A stretch of DNA of 64,000 bases from an uncultured Actinomycetota bacterium (GTDB lineage: Bacteria > Actinomycetota > Actinomycetes > Streptosporangiales > Streptosporangiaceae), in NCBI GenBank assembly GCA_963731085.1, contig CAVSUF010000019.1, forward strand, positions 134,382 through 198,381. Reading direction: 5' to 3'. How positions within the stretch are numbered: the first letter of the stretch is position 1; each line of letters opens with the position of its first letter. Of the stretch, positions 1 to 10,102 are shown in pieces. The notes under the pieces were generated by a model. The model ran no database searches. It worked only from the letters and a program-made list of their open reading frames with translations, and had not been told where the DNA came from. Both the position numbers and the translations under genes were made by a program.

Positions 1-630
1 GGCGACCCGCCCGCCTACGCGCTGGAAGGCTCGATCGCCGTTACCGGCGCCGCCGTCCAGTGGCTGCGCGACCAGCTGGGCATCATCACCGACGCGGCGC
101 AGAGCGAGACCCTGGCCGCGCAGGCGGCCGACAACGGCGGGGTCTACTTCGTGCCCGCCTTCTCCGGGCTGTTCGCCCCGTACTGGCGGCCCGACGCCCG
201 CGGCGCGATCGTCGGCCTGTCCCGCTACAACACCAGCGCCCACCTGGCCCGGGCCACGCTGGAGTCGATCGGCTACCAGACCCGGGACGTGGTCGAGGCC
301 ATGCGCCAGGACTCCGGCGTGGCCATCGACGTGCTCCGGGTGGACGGCGGCGTCACCGCCAACGCCCTGTGCATGCAGCTTCAGGCCGACATCCTGGGCG
401 TGCCGGTGTCCCGGCCGGTGGTGGCCGAGACCACCGCGCTGGGCGCCGCCTACGCGGCCGGCCTGGGCGTCGGGTTCTGGTCCTCCCCGCAAGAACTGCG
501 GCGCAACTGGCAGGAAGACCGCCGCTGGGAGCCGCACTGGGATGACGCCCAGCGGGCGGAAGGCTATGCCGCCTGGCGCAAGGCCGTGGACCGCACGCTC
601 AGCTGGGTTGACGTGGGCGAGCCAGGCTGA
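1..630 (+). CDS. glpK: glycerol kinase, C-terminal part (5' end lies outside the window)
   Basis: Frame 1 is open from base 1. The translation [29 protein letters not shown]...[31 protein letters not shown]...[27 protein letters not shown] matches the FGGY / glycerol kinase C-terminal domain. Stop at 628-630. Confidence 0.9.
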   Translation, partial: GDPPAYALEGSIAVTGAAVQWLRDQLGIITDAAQSETLAAQAADNGGVYFVPAFSGLFAPYWRPDARGAIVGLSRYNTSAHLARATLESIGYQTRDVVEAMRQDSGVAIDVLRVDGGVTANALCMQLQADILGVPVSRPVVAETTALGAAYAAGLGVGFWSSPQELRRNWQEDRRWEPHWDDAQRAEGYAAWRKAVDRTLSWVDVGEPG

Positions 631-1999
631 CCGCTGCGTCAGCCACCACGGTGCTGACCACCACGGGCCTGACCACCACGGTGCTGACCACCACGGGCCG
701 GGTGCGGCGGGGGCGCAGCAGCGGGGCGCAGGCCGCCCCCAGCACGACGGCCATGATGACCAGCAGCACCCGGTAGCCGAGCACGCTCAGCAGCGCGGCG
801 CCCAGCGCGATCGACGCCGCCTGCGGGATCAGCACGCCCAGGTTCAGCGCCGCCTCGGCCCGGCCCAGCAGCCCCGCCGGGGTGAGCCGCTGCAGCATCG
901 TGTACGCGCCCACGTTGACCCACACGATGTCGGCGCCCTCCACCGCCATCCCGGCCAGCACGGCGGGCAGGGAGTGGCTGAGCAGGAGCAGGCACGCCGC
1001 GGCCGAGCTCGCCAGCCCGGCCGCCACCAGGCCCCGCTCGCCGATCCGGCGCATGACCGGCGCGGCGGCGGCCGCCCCGGCCAGCGCGCCGGCGCCCATG
1101 CCGGTCTCCAGCACGCCCAGGAAGGTCGGCGCCCGGCCCAGGCCCTGGCCGACCACCGCGAACGGCACCGTCTCGAAGAAGCCGAAGGCCAGCAGCGCCA
1201 CCACCCCGGCCTGCAGCAGCCGGCGCAGGTCCGGGGTCCGGACCAGGTGCCGCATCCCGGCGGTCACCTCGGCCCGCAGCCTGGCCGCGGGCTCAGCCGG
1301 AGCCAGGTCCCCGTCGGCCACCGCCCGCCCGGCCAGCGACCGCCCGCCCGCCGACTGCCCGCCCGCCGACTGCCCGGCCACCGACTGCCCGGACACCGGC
1401 TGCCCGGACACCGCCCGCCCCGGCCGCGGCGGGGCCGGCTCGCGGGTGCGCAGCGCGGCCGTGGTCAGCGCGGCGATCGCGAACGTCGCCGCGTCCAGCG
1501 CGATCACCGGCGCCGGCCCGGCCAGCGCCAGCAGCCCGGCGCCGGCCAGCGGCGTGATGATCCGCAGGCCGGTGGATGCCGCCCCCAGCACCGCGTTGGC
1601 CTCGCCCAGCAGCTCGGCGGGCACGATGACGGGGATCAGCGCGGTCTGCGCGGCGCTGATCAGGCTGCCGACCGCCCCGTAGCCGAACATCACCGCGTAG
1701 ATCAGCCACACCCGGCCCGGCCCGGCCGCCAGCAGCGTGCCGACCAGCGCCGCCCCGGCCAGGTTGGCGATGAGCAGCAGCGGCCGCCGCCGGACGCGGT
1801 CGGCCAGCAGGCCGGCCGCCGGGGCCAGCATCGACCCGCAGACGTAGGCGAGGAACGTCAGCCCGGCCGCGCTGCTGCTGCCGGTGAGGATCTTCACGTA
1901 GATCCCCATGGCCAGCCACAGCGCGTTGTCCCCGGCGATGGACAGCGACTGCCCGGCCAGGTACAGCCGGGCATCCCGGTGCCGCAGCAGCTTCCGCAC
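599..1999 (-). CDS. MFS transporter (EntS/MFS_3-like exporter)
   Basis: Intact 466-aa ORF, hydrophobic throughout with about 12 predicted TM segments. The N-terminus ([25 protein letters not shown]) is typical of actinobacterial MFS_3 exporters. It is divergent from a TetR gene. Confidence 0.8.
   Translation of the reverse strand: MRKLLRHRDARLYLAGQSLSIAGDNALWLAMGIYVKILTGSSSAAGLTFLAYVCGSMLAPAAGLLADRVRRRPLLLIANLAGAALVGTLLAAGPGRVWLIYAVMFGYGAVGSLISAAQTALIPVIVPAELLGEANAVLGAASTGLRIITPLAGAGLLALAGPAPVIALDAATFAIAALTTAALRTREPAPPRPGRAVSGQPVSGQSVAGQSAGGQSAGGRSLAGRAVADGDLAPAEPAARLRAEVTAGMRHLVRTPDLRRLLQAGVVALLAFGFFETVPFAVVGQGLGRAPTFLGVLETGMGAGALAGAAAAAPVMRRIGERGLVAAGLASSAAACLLLLSHSLPAVLAGMAVEGADIVWVNVGAYTMLQRLTPAGLLGRAEAALNLGVLIPQAASIALGAALLSVLGYRVLLVIMAVVLGAACAPLLRPRRTRPVVVSTVVVRPVVVSTVVADAAVSLARPRQPS
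642..701. repeat. 30-bp tandem duplication inside the 3' end of the MFS gene (encodes PVVVSTVV twice)
   Basis: ccaccacggtgctgaccaccacgggcc occurs twice with a 30-bp period (642-671, 672-701). Confidence 0.85.
1335..1415. repeat. 15-bp in-frame tandem repeat (about 5 units) in the central loop of the MFS gene
   Basis: Repeated cgccgactgcccgcc / caccgactgcccgga units translate on the minus strand to [22 protein letters not shown]. Confidence 0.8.
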
Positions 2000-2007
2000 G
2001 CCTGCCC

Positions 2008-2036
2008 CTATCTGATAGACACTAAGAATCTGATAG
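2008..2036. promoter_or_regulatory. candidate TetR operator in the divergent MFS/TetR intergenic region
   Basis: AT-rich island in a GC-rich genome. It holds a perfect inverted repeat CTATC-T-GATAG (2008-2018) and a second ATCTGATAG copy at 2028-2036, between divergently transcribed genes. Confidence 0.5.
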
Positions 2037-2154
2037 GTGATAAGATACTCGCATGAGGACCGGGGTCAAGGGGAGCGGCGGGGCCGGACCCGGCCCGGTA
2101 CCGCGCGGCGCGGCCCGCTTGGGCGGTGGCGGCCAGGGGATCTACGCTGCTGCC

Positions 2155-2814
2155 ATGCCCAGGTCCGGCAAGGGCGGCCGCTATCACCATGGCGACCTGC
2201 GGGCGGCGCTGATCGAGACCGCCATTGAGCTGATCGGCGAGCGCGGGCTGCGCGACTTCTCCCTGGCCGAGGCCAGCCGCCGGCTGGGGGTGGCGGTGAG
2301 CGCCCCCTACGCTCACTTCAGCGACCGGGACGCCCTGCTGGCCGCGGTAGCGGCCCGGGGCTACGAGCTGTTCGCGGCCGAGCTGGCCGGGGGCGACGAT
2401 CCGGGCTCGTCGCCGGACCGTCGGCTGGCCGAGCTCGTCCGTGCCTATGTCCGCTTCGCCGCGGCCCGGCGCCCCCTGTTCGAGATGATGTACACCCACG
2501 GCCTGGACAAGCGGCGCCATCCCGAACTCGAGGCGGCGGCCAAGCCGGTGAACGACGCGTTCGACTCCAGCGTGCGAGCGGTCATCGGGGGCGACGAGCA
2601 GGCCACCGACGCCTTGTTCGAGGCACTGGAGGCCAGTCTCCGGGGCTACGCGATGTTCCTGCTGGACGGGCACTTCGACGACGGACCGGAGGCGATCGAC
2701 CGGGCCGCGGCCAGCGCGTCCCGGGCCGCCCTGGCCCTGATCGAGAGCCGCGCGCTGCTCGCCCCGCCCCCAGGCGCCCCGGCCCCGGGCGCCCCAGGCC
2801 CCGGCCCCGGGTGA
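2155..2814 (+). CDS. TetR/AcrR family transcriptional regulator
   Basis: The ORF is open from 2053; ATG 2155 gives MPRSGKGGRYHHGDLRAALIETAIELIGERGLRDFSLAEASRRLGVAVSAPYAHF, the canonical TetR N-terminal HTH. It is divergent from the MFS gene. Confidence 0.85.
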   Translation: MPRSGKGGRYHHGDLRAALIETAIELIGERGLRDFSLAEASRRLGVAVSAPYAHFSDRDALLAAVAARGYELFAAELAGGDDPGSSPDRRLAELVRAYVRFAAARRPLFEMMYTHGLDKRRHPELEAAAKPVNDAFDSSVRAVIGGDEQATDALFEALEASLRGYAMFLLDGHFDDGPEAIDRAAASASRAALALIESRALLAPPPGAPAPGAPGPGPG

Positions 2815-2921
2815 CGCTGCCTCGCGTGACGCTGCCTCAGGTGACGCTGCCCAGTAGCGGGACGCCTGTCGCCTCCTGTTCACTGAGGTGTCAGCCGCGC
2901 ACGGTTAACTAGGCGCGGCGG

Positions 2922-4063
2922 ATGGGGAAGGAGCGGCCGGTGGAGCGAGTCGTCATCGTCGGGGGCGGCGTTCTCGGGCTGATGCACGCCGTGTCGGCCC
3001 GGCGCCGCGGCCTGGACGTGGTGCACCTGGAGCGCGAGCCGGGCCCGCGCGGCGCCAGCGTGCGCAACTTCGGCCTGGTCTGGGTCAGCGGCCGGGCGGC
3101 CGGCCCGGAGCTGGACCTGGCCGTGCGCGCCCGGCGAGCTGTGGGAGGAACTGGCCGCCGACGTCCCGGCGGCCGGGTTCCGCGCGCACGGGTCGCTGAC
3201 CGTGGCGGCCAGCGACGCCGAGCTGGCCCTGCTCAAGGAGGCCGCCGCGCTGCCCGACGCGGCCGAGCGGGGCTTCGAGCTGCTGGACGCGGCAGCCGCC
3301 CGGGAGGTCAACCCGGCGCTGCGGGGCCCGTTCGCCGGAGCGCTGCTGTGCCGCCGGGACGCCATCGTCGAGCCCCGCCAGGTGCCCGCCGCCATCCGCG
3401 GCTGGCTGCTGGCAGGCGGGTCGGGCGGCACCCCCGGCTACGCCTGGCTGCCCGGCCGGGAGGCCGTCGAGGTAGCGCCGTACGCCGTCCGCGACCACAC
3501 CGGCGACTGGCACCGGGGCGACCTGGTCGTGCTGTGCACCGGCGCCGCCCACACCGGCATCGCCGGCCCGCACCTGGCCAGCTACCAGCGCCCGCCGGTG
3601 CGCCGGGTCCGGCTGCAGATGCTGCAGACCGAGCCGTTCGACGGCCAGCTGACCACCTCGGTCGCCGACGGGGACTCGCTGCGCTACTACCCGGCCTACG
3701 ACCTGCCCGGCCGGGACCGGCTGCCGCCGCAGGAGCCCGCCGCGGCCGCCGCGGCGGCCCAGCTGCTGCTGGTGCAGCGGCTGGACGGCAGCCTGACCAT
3801 CGGGGACACCCACGAGTACGACGAGCCGTTCGCCTTCGACGTGGACGAGGCCGCCTACGATCACCTGCGCGGCCGGGCCGAGCAGCTGCTCGGGACCGCC
3901 GCTGCCGCCTACCCGGCGCCGGTGGGCCGGCGTCTACAGCCAGGTCACCACGACCGAGCTGTACCACCGCTCGCAGGTCGCGCCGGGCGTCATCCTGGTG
4001 ACCGGCCCCGGCGGGCGGGGCATGACCTGCTCGCCCGCCATCGCCGAGGAGACCTTCGCGTGA
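2922..4063 (+). pseudogene. FAD-dependent oxidoreductase (TIGR03364-like, aminophosphonate-associated), two frameshifts
   Basis: The N-terminus VVIVGGGVLGLMHAVSARRRGLDVVHLE is a dinucleotide-binding fold. The protein continues in frame 1 from about 3133 (ELWEELAADVPAAGFRAHGSLTVAASDAELALL...) and in frame 2 from about 3910 (WAGVYSQVTTTELYHRSQVAPGVILVTGPGGRGMTCSPAIAEETFA, stop 4061-4063). Confidence 0.75.
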
Positions 4064-4123
4064 CGCCGTGAGCAGCAGCAGAGCCAGCCGCAGCACAGCC
4101 AGCCGCCCGGGAGAGATGGGCCG

Positions 4124-4823
4124 ATGAGCCAGCAGATCACGACCGCCTGCCTGGACATGGCCGGCACGACCGTCGCCGACGACGGCAGCGTCATGACCGC
4201 GTTCGGCGCGGCCGTGGCCGAGGGCGGGCTGATCCCCGGCGCGCCGGGCTACGACCAGGCCATCGCCTACGTCCAGGCCACGATGGGCCAGTCCAAGATC
4301 GAGGTGTTCCGCGCGGTGCTCGGCGGCGAGGAGCGGGCCCAGCGGGCCAACCAGGTGTTCGAGGAGCGCTACGCCGAGGCCGTCCGGGCGGGCGACGTCG
4401 CGCCGCTGCCCGGCGCGGTGGAGACGATCACGGCGCTGCGGGCCGCCGGGATCAAGGTGTGCCTGGCCACCGGCTTCGCCCCGGCCACCCGGGACGCCCT
4501 GCTGGACGCGCTCGGCTGGCGGCCGATCATCGACCTGGCCCTGTCGCCCGCCGACGCGGGCCGCGGCCGCCCGTGGCCGGACCTGCCGCTGACCGCGCTG
4601 CTGCGCCTGGGCGGCGGCGCGGTCAGCGAGCTGGTCGGTCGTCGGCGACACCGCCAGCGACGTCGAGTCCGGCCTGCGCGCCGGCGCCGGCCTGGTGGCC
4701 GGCGTCCTCACCGGCGCGGCCAGCCGCGAGGACCTGGAGCAGGCCGCCGCCCCGCACATCCTGGACTCCGTCACCGGCCTCCTGCCCCTCCTCGGCATCG
4801 GCCCCGTCCCGGTCCGCGACTAA
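4124..4823 (+). pseudogene. phosphonatase-like HAD-superfamily hydrolase (PhnX-like), one frameshift
   Basis: MSQQITTACLDMAGTTVADDG carries the DxAGT motif typical of PhnX-like HAD enzymes. After about 4630 the protein continues in another frame: VVGDTASDVESGLRAGAGLVAGVLTGAASREDLEQAAAPHILDSV, stop 4821-4823. Confidence 0.75.
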
Positions 4824-4846
4824 CCCGCCCCAGCCGCCGCTTTTTC

Positions 4847-4899
4847 CATGATCGTGACCGATTGCCCGTCGCTGACCCGGGCAATCGGTCACGATCATG
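4847..4899. repeat. palindromic intergenic element, copy A (perfect 22-bp stem, 9-nt loop)
   Basis: CATGATCGTGACCGATTGCCCG-tcgctgacc-CGGGCAATCGGTCACGATCATG. The same termini recur at 13383, 45769 and 62431. Confidence 0.9.
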
Positions 4900-4913
4900 T
4901 GGGCGGACCCGGC

Positions 4914-5055
4914 GGCCGGCCGCGCAGGCGGGCGGGCGGTGGCCGGGCAGCGGCCGGCGCAGGCGGGCGGCGGGTGGCCGGGCGGCGGCCGCGCAGGCGG
5001 GCGGCGGTGCGCGCGGGCGGGCGGCCGGGCGGCCGGGCGGGCAGGCAGGCGGCGG
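4914..5055. repeat. GC-rich minisatellite (about 35-38 bp unit, about 3 copies)
   Basis: Repeated ggccg(g)cgcaggcgggcgg(g)cgg(g)tggccgggc(a/g)gc units lie directly downstream of palindromic copy A. Confidence 0.7.
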
Positions 5056-5059
5056 GAGG

Positions 5060-5510
5060 ATGCGGATGGCGATCAGCGACGAGGTGCTGGCGGTGCTGCG
5101 GGCGCAGCTAGCCGGGCAGGCGGACGAGCACGCGCGCCGCTGGGACCGGCTGGCCCCGGCCGCGCGGCTCGACTACCGGGCGCTGGTCCTGGCCGCGTTC
5201 TGCGGGGCGGCCGACCGGCGGTTCGCCCCGGCCGCGCCCGCCGCCGAGGTGGCCGCCTACGTCACCGACGTGCCGGGCCCGGTCGGCCCGGGGCGCCGAG
5301 ATGCTGGACCCGCGGACCGCCGAGCGGCTCATCCGCGCGGTCTACACCGACGAGGACACCGCCGACATCGACGCGGCCACCAGCTACCGCACCGAGATCC
5401 TGATGCTCGGTGCCCTGACCGCCGACGCCCGGCTGGACGACGCCCAGCTCGATGAGTTCCTGGCCGCCGCCCGCCGGACCGCCGACCAGTGGCTGGCCAC
5501 CCGGAACTGA
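5060..5510 (+). pseudogene. hypothetical protein, one frameshift
   Basis: RBS GGGAGGA precedes ATG 5060/5066. MAISDEVLAVLRAQLAGQADEHARRWDRLAPAARLDYRALVLAAF...AAYVTDV then continues in the frame of ORF 5301..5510 (...MLDPRTAERLIRAVYTDEDTADIDAATSYRTEILMLGAL...). No family recognised. Confidence 0.45.
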
Positions 5511-5516
5511 GGGCTG

Positions 5517-7206
5517 CTACCGGGGCCAGTCGACGGTGAGGAGGACGTTGCGGTCGGCCGGGGTGCCCGCGCCCGCGCCGCCCTCGGCGGTGATCAGGTC
5601 GCGGATCTGCCAGTCGTTGGCGGACAGCTCGCGGGACAGCGCCGCGAGCCGGGCCGGGCTGGCGTCGTCGCCCGGCCCGGAGCCGCCCGGCCCGGAGTCG
5701 CCCGGCCCGGATGCCGCCCGGCCCGGAGCCGCCCGGCCGGGCCGCCGCCGTAGCCGGCCGGGGCGGCGCTGTCGATGACCGTGCAGGCGATGGCCAGGCC
5801 GCGGCCGGACGGCGAGCAGCTCGATCAGCCGGGCCTGCTGCGGCCAGTCGATGTGCGAGGCGGTCGTCACCTGCCAGAAGCCGGCTGGCCCGGAGCCATT
5901 CGTTATGGCCGTGATCTTGTGTTCGTGGGTGTGGCCGTTGACCCAGGCGACCACGCACGGATGGGCGAGCAGGACCTCGCGAAGCTCGGCGGCCAGGATC
6001 CGGCGGCCGGCGCCGGGCGGGCGGTTGCCGTTGACCAGGGTCTCCAGCGGGTGGTGGCTGAACAGCACCACCGGGCGGCCCGCGGCGGCGGCCAGCTCGG
6101 CCTCCAGCCAGGCCAGCTGGGCCGCGTCGAGGGAGCCCTGCCAGCCGCCGTGCTCGTTGACGGTGTCCAGGGCGATGCACCGGACGGCGGCGTGCGGCGG
6201 GGCCCCGCCCGGGCCGGGCCGTCGAAGGCGTAGTACGCGGTGCCCTCGTCGGCGTTGCGCCGGGAGAAGCCGTGCCCGGCCGGGGTGCCCGGGGAGCGGA
6301 AGTGCTCGCGGACGTAGTCCGGCCCGGCGGACCGGGGCACGGGCCGGGATCCGGGGTGACCGCCAGCGTGGTGCCCGCCTGAAGCTCCAGCAGCGCGTCC
6401 GGCTCGGAACGCTCGAACCGGGCGGCCAGCTCGGCCAGGTCCAGGCCGCGGGGCGGGGTGACGACCTTGAGCCCGCCGACGCCGACGTCGCCCAGCCAGC
6501 CCTCCGGCGGCACCGTGCCCTGCAGCATGTTGTCGTGGTTGCCGTGCACGGCGTACCAGGGCAGCCCCAGCCCCGCCGCCCGGAACGGGCGCCGCACGGC
6601 GTCCAGCGCGCCCGGCACCTGCGGGAAGCCGAACGCGGTCTTGGGGAGGTCCGGCGACCGGGCCCGGGTGCCAGTACCGCTCGTCGGCCACCTCCGGGCC
6701 GGACACGCCCTCGTAGCGGTCGGTGTCGCCGGAGTCGGGCCTGACCTCGCCGCCGTCCAGCAGGTCGATGACCGCGCGCAGCTCGTTGCGCTGGCAGTTG
6801 TCGGTGGCGTCGCCGGTGATCACGGCGAAGTCCACCGGCGCCCCGGACACCGGGCCGGCCGGGTGCTGGCGCACCGCCCGGCGACATCGCCTCGGCGACC
6901 TGGAAGGTGAACAGCTCCTGCGCCCGGTAGGTGCCGATGATCCCGACCTCGGCCCGCAGCGGGGAGTCCGGGTCCGAGCAGCGGTCCAGCAGCTCGACCC
7001 GGGCCGGGGACTGGTGGTCCATGATGTGGGTGTCGGACAGCTGGGCGATGACCAGCAGCGGCCGGGCCGCGCGGCCCGCCGCCGGGCAGGCCGGGGCCGC
7101 CCAGCTCGTCCCGGGCGACGTGCTGCTCGCCGTCGGCCGGGACGAGCCTGCGGTAGCCGCCGGCGCCGGGCTCGCCCGGCACCAGCCGCCGCCGCGCGGT
7201 GCTCAA
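5517..7206 (-). pseudogene. metallophosphoesterase (TIGR03767-like), at least four frameshifts
   Basis: Fragments lie in four frames: STARRRLVPGEPGAGGYRRLVPADGEQHVARDEL; LSDTHIMDHQSPARVELLDRCSDPDSPL; VDFAVITGDATDNCQRNELRAVIDLLDGGEVRPDSGDTDRYEGV; LPWYAVHGNHDNMLQGTVPP; and LDTVNEHGGWQGSLDAAQLAWLEAELAAAAGRPVVLFSHHPLETL...WVNGHTHEHKI. These carry the calcineurin-like motifs D-x-H, GD, GNHD, GHTH. A TTG start at 7206 sits 5 nt after a GAGGA RBS, directly downstream of the ABC ATPase stop. Confidence 0.75.
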
Positions 7207-7213
7207 GCAGTCC

Positions 7214-8323
7214 TCACGCGCGGGCCGCCACCAGGACCGGCGCCTCGGGCAGCGTGACCTGCACCGAGGTTCCCGGCTGCATGTCCAGGGCCTCGGCGCT
7301 GCTGCTTGTCGATCTTGACCAGCAGGTCGCCGGACAGCCGCACGCTGACCCGGGTGAGCGAGCCGAGGAACGTCCGGTCGGAGACGATCCCGTTGCCGCC
7401 GGGCACCGCGCTGACCCGCAGCCCCTCGGGCCGGACCAGCACGTCCACGTCCCCGGCCAGGCCGTCCGCCGCCCGCCGGCCACCGGCACGGTCACGCCCA
7501 GCGCCTTGACCTGGCCCTGGGCCAGCAGCTCGCCGGGCAGCCGGTTCATCGTGCCGACGAACTCGGCGACGAACGCGGTGGCGGGAGAGTCGTACAGCTG
7601 CGACGGCGCGGCGATCTGCTCCAGCCGGCCGTTGCTCATCACCCCGACCCGGTCGGAAATCGACAGGGCCTCCTCCTGGTCATGGGTCACGAACAGGGTG
7701 GTGGTGCCCAGCCGCTGCTGGATGGCGCGGATCTGCTCGCGGAGCTGGAGCCGGACCTTGGCGTCCAGGGCCGACAGCGGCTCGTCCAGCAGCAGCACCC
7801 GCGGCTCGACGGCCAGCGCCCGGGCCAGCGCGACGCGCTGCTGCTGGCCGCCGGACAGCTGGTGCGGGTACTGCCCGGCCTGGGCGGCCAGGCCGACCAT
7901 CTCCAGCAGCTCGCCCGCCTTGCGGTTGCGGTCGGCCGCGCCCACCTTGCGCATCCGCAGCCCGAAGGCGACGTTGCCCAGCGCCGACATGTTCGGGAAC
8001 AGGCTGTAGCTCTGGAACACCATGCCCATGTCCCGGCGGGCGGCCGGCACGTGCGAGATGTCCCGGCCGTCGACGGTGACCGACCCGGAGTCGGCCGACT
8101 CGAAGCCGGCCAGGATCCGCAGCGCGGTCGTCTTCCCGCAGCCGGACGGCCCCAGCAGGGCGACCAGCTCGCCGGGGGCGATCTCCAGGCTGAGGCCGTC
8201 CAGGGCCCTGGTCGTCCCGAAGGCGCGGCTCAGGTCCCGCAGCGCCACGGGCGCGCCGCCGGCGGCGGCGCCCTCGGCCGCGGTGTGCCCGGCGGCCTGC
8301 CCGGCAGTCGTTCCGGTCGTCAT
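7214..8323 (-). pseudogene. ABC transporter ATP-binding protein (PotA/Fe3+/phosphonate-import type), two frameshifts in the C-terminal domain
   Basis: Walker A LLGPSGCGKTT, signature LSGGQQQRVALARAL and Walker B LLLDEPLSALD are present. The C-terminal TOBE-like part is split between frames (ORF 7203..7448 carries DVLVRPEGLRVSAVPGGNGIVSDRTFLGSLTRVSVRLSGDLLVKIDKQQ). Confidence 0.85.
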
Positions 8324-9084
8324 TCCGACCCCCCTACGTCCCGGCGGGAGACAGTGAACAGGGTGACCGTGCTGCCGCCGGCCTTGCCCCGCCTGCTCCC
8401 TAGTGTGGCGATCACCATCAGGAAGATCCAGGTCACGATCAGCGCGAGCAGGGACGCGGCCACCGACACCGGGCCGCTGCTCTGCTCGAAGTTCACGATC
8501 CAGACGGGGAAGGTCTGGTAAAGGTCCAGGCTGGCCATGGTGAACTCGCCCAGCACCAGCGCGACGGTGAGCACCACGGCGGACAGCATGGCGGTCCGCA
8601 GGTTGGGCAGGATCACCCGCCACAGCGTGGCCGGCATCCGGGCGCCCAGCGACCCCGCCGCCTCGACCAGGGTCTTCAGGTCCAGGGCGCGCAGGCCCGC
8701 GTCGAGCGAGCGGTAGGCGAACGGCATGGCCAGGACGACGTACTCCAGGGCCAGCAGGGTCGAGGACGCCTTCAGGAAGCCCGGGGAGATCTCCAGCACG
8801 CCCACGATCAGGACGATCGGCGGGATCACGATCGGCAGGATGGTCACGCTCTCCATCACCCGCCGCACGCCGGGCAGCCGCAGGTGGACGTAGACCGTGG
8901 TCGGCACCAGCAGCAGCAGCGTGATCACGGTGGTGATCACGCCCAGCCTGACCGACAGCAGGAACGCCGAGCCGAAGCCGTTCGGGCCGGCCTGCTGGAA
9001 GATCTGCGGGAACGCCTTCCCGCCGGCGAACTTGAACGCCGCGTACAGCGGGATGACGAAGTACAGGCCGACCAGGCCCAGCAC
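8320..9084 (-). CDS. ABC transporter permease (second of two)
   Basis: 254-aa hydrophobic ORF with a binding-protein-dependent transport motif region (EAAGSLGARMPATLWRVILPNLRTAML). The true N-terminus probably starts at ATG 9180, overlapping the upstream stop, and reaches this frame through a frameshift. Confidence 0.8.
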   Translation of the reverse strand: MLGLVGLYFVIPLYAAFKFAGGKAFPQIFQQAGPNGFGSAFLLSVRLGVITTVITLLLLVPTTVYVHLRLPGVRRVMESVTILPIVIPPIVLIVGVLEISPGFLKASSTLLALEYVVLAMPFAYRSLDAGLRALDLKTLVEAAGSLGARMPATLWRVILPNLRTAMLSAVVLTVALVLGEFTMASLDLYQTFPVWIVNFEQSSGPVSVAASLLALIVTWIFLMVIATLGSRRGKAGGSTVTLFTVSRRDVGGSE

Positions 9085-9168
9085 GGCCCAGCGCCAGACC
9101 GGCGGGCGCCCGCGGCGCCGGGCCGGCGCGCGACGCCGGCGCGCCCGTGCTGGCCGGGGCGGTGTCGA

Positions 9169-9999
9169 TTACCGCAGCCATCGTGCGGCCCTCCTCTGCA
9201 GGAGCGTGTAGGCGATCATGATGATCCCGATGATCAGCACCATGCCGAACGCCAGCGCGTTGCCGATGTTCTCCTGGCCGGCGATGACGTTGCCGTTCAG
9301 GAACGTGCCGATCTGGATCGGGGTCAGCGGGATGGTGCCGTTGGTCATCGCCTCGGCGGTGGCGTAGGCCGAGAACGAGCTCCCGAACAGCAGCAGCACG
9401 CAGCCCAGGAAGGCCGGGGTCAGCACCGGGATGCCGACGAACCGCCAGTACTGCCAGGACCGCGCGCCCATGTTCTCGGCCGCCTCGCGCCAGGCCGGCC
9501 GCAGCCCCTCCAGCGCGGGCAGGATGACCAGCACCATCAGCGGGATCTGGAAGTACATGTAGACCAGGAACACGCCCAGCGCGGTGAACAGCGTGAACCC
9601 GTGGTCGTAGGGGTTGAAGCCGAGGTCGGCCAGCCAGCCGGTGACGATGCCGGTGGAGCCCAGGGTGGCGATGAACAGGAACGCCAGCGGGACCCCGCCG
9701 AAGTTGGCGAACACGCCCGACAGGGTGATCGAGACCCGGCGCAGCCCGTTGCCGCGCGGCGCGGTGAAGATGGCGTAGGCGACCATGAAGCCGATCAGCC
9801 CCGGGATGATGGCCGAGGCCACCGACAGCAGGATGTCGGTCTTGAAGCCCTCGAAGTAGATCCCGCTGGCCGCCGCCTTGACGTTGCTCAGCGTGAAGGA
9901 CCCGGTCTGGGAGTTCTGGAACGCCTTGATCGCCACGGCGACCGTGGGGATGAGCAGGCCCAGGGTCACGTAGATGGTGAACGGGATGAGGCCCGCCAC
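9169..9999 (-). CDS. ABC transporter permease (first of two)
   Basis: 276-aa hydrophobic ORF with the EAA-like loop REAAENMGARSWQYWRFVGIPVLTP. ATG 10099, 3 nt after the binding-protein stop, is in another frame, which suggests a 5'-proximal frameshift. Confidence 0.8.
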   Translation of the reverse strand: MAGLIPFTIYVTLGLLIPTVAVAIKAFQNSQTGSFTLSNVKAAASGIYFEGFKTDILLSVASAIIPGLIGFMVAYAIFTAPRGNGLRRVSITLSGVFANFGGVPLAFLFIATLGSTGIVTGWLADLGFNPYDHGFTLFTALGVFLVYMYFQIPLMVLVILPALEGLRPAWREAAENMGARSWQYWRFVGIPVLTPAFLGCVLLLFGSSFSAYATAEAMTNGTIPLTPIQIGTFLNGNVIAGQENIGNALAFGMVLIIGIIMIAYTLLQRRAARWLR

Positions 10000-10102
10000 C
10001 CGGCGCAGACCGCGCCAGGATGGCGGGACGTCGGTGACCCGGCCGGGTCCCGGGCGCCTGCTCAGCGCCCGGGACCGCGGCCGTCGCGGTATCCGCCATC
10101 AG

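Noticed and set aside
4124-5455. 443-aa ORF suggesting a large fusion of the HAD hydrolase with downstream sequence
   Set aside because: After about 4630 this frame becomes Arg/Pro/Gly low-complexity. The authentic HAD C-terminus (VVGDTASDVESGLRAG...) is in another frame and stops at 4823. The palindromic element and a minisatellite lie in between.
7214-10099. 961-aa minus-strand ORF that could be read as one giant protein
   Set aside because: Only its last third is real, namely the ABC ATPase. The rest runs out of frame across two permease genes whose true frames give clean TM proteins (ORFs 8320..9084 and 9169..9999). This is a typical GC-rich shadow frame.
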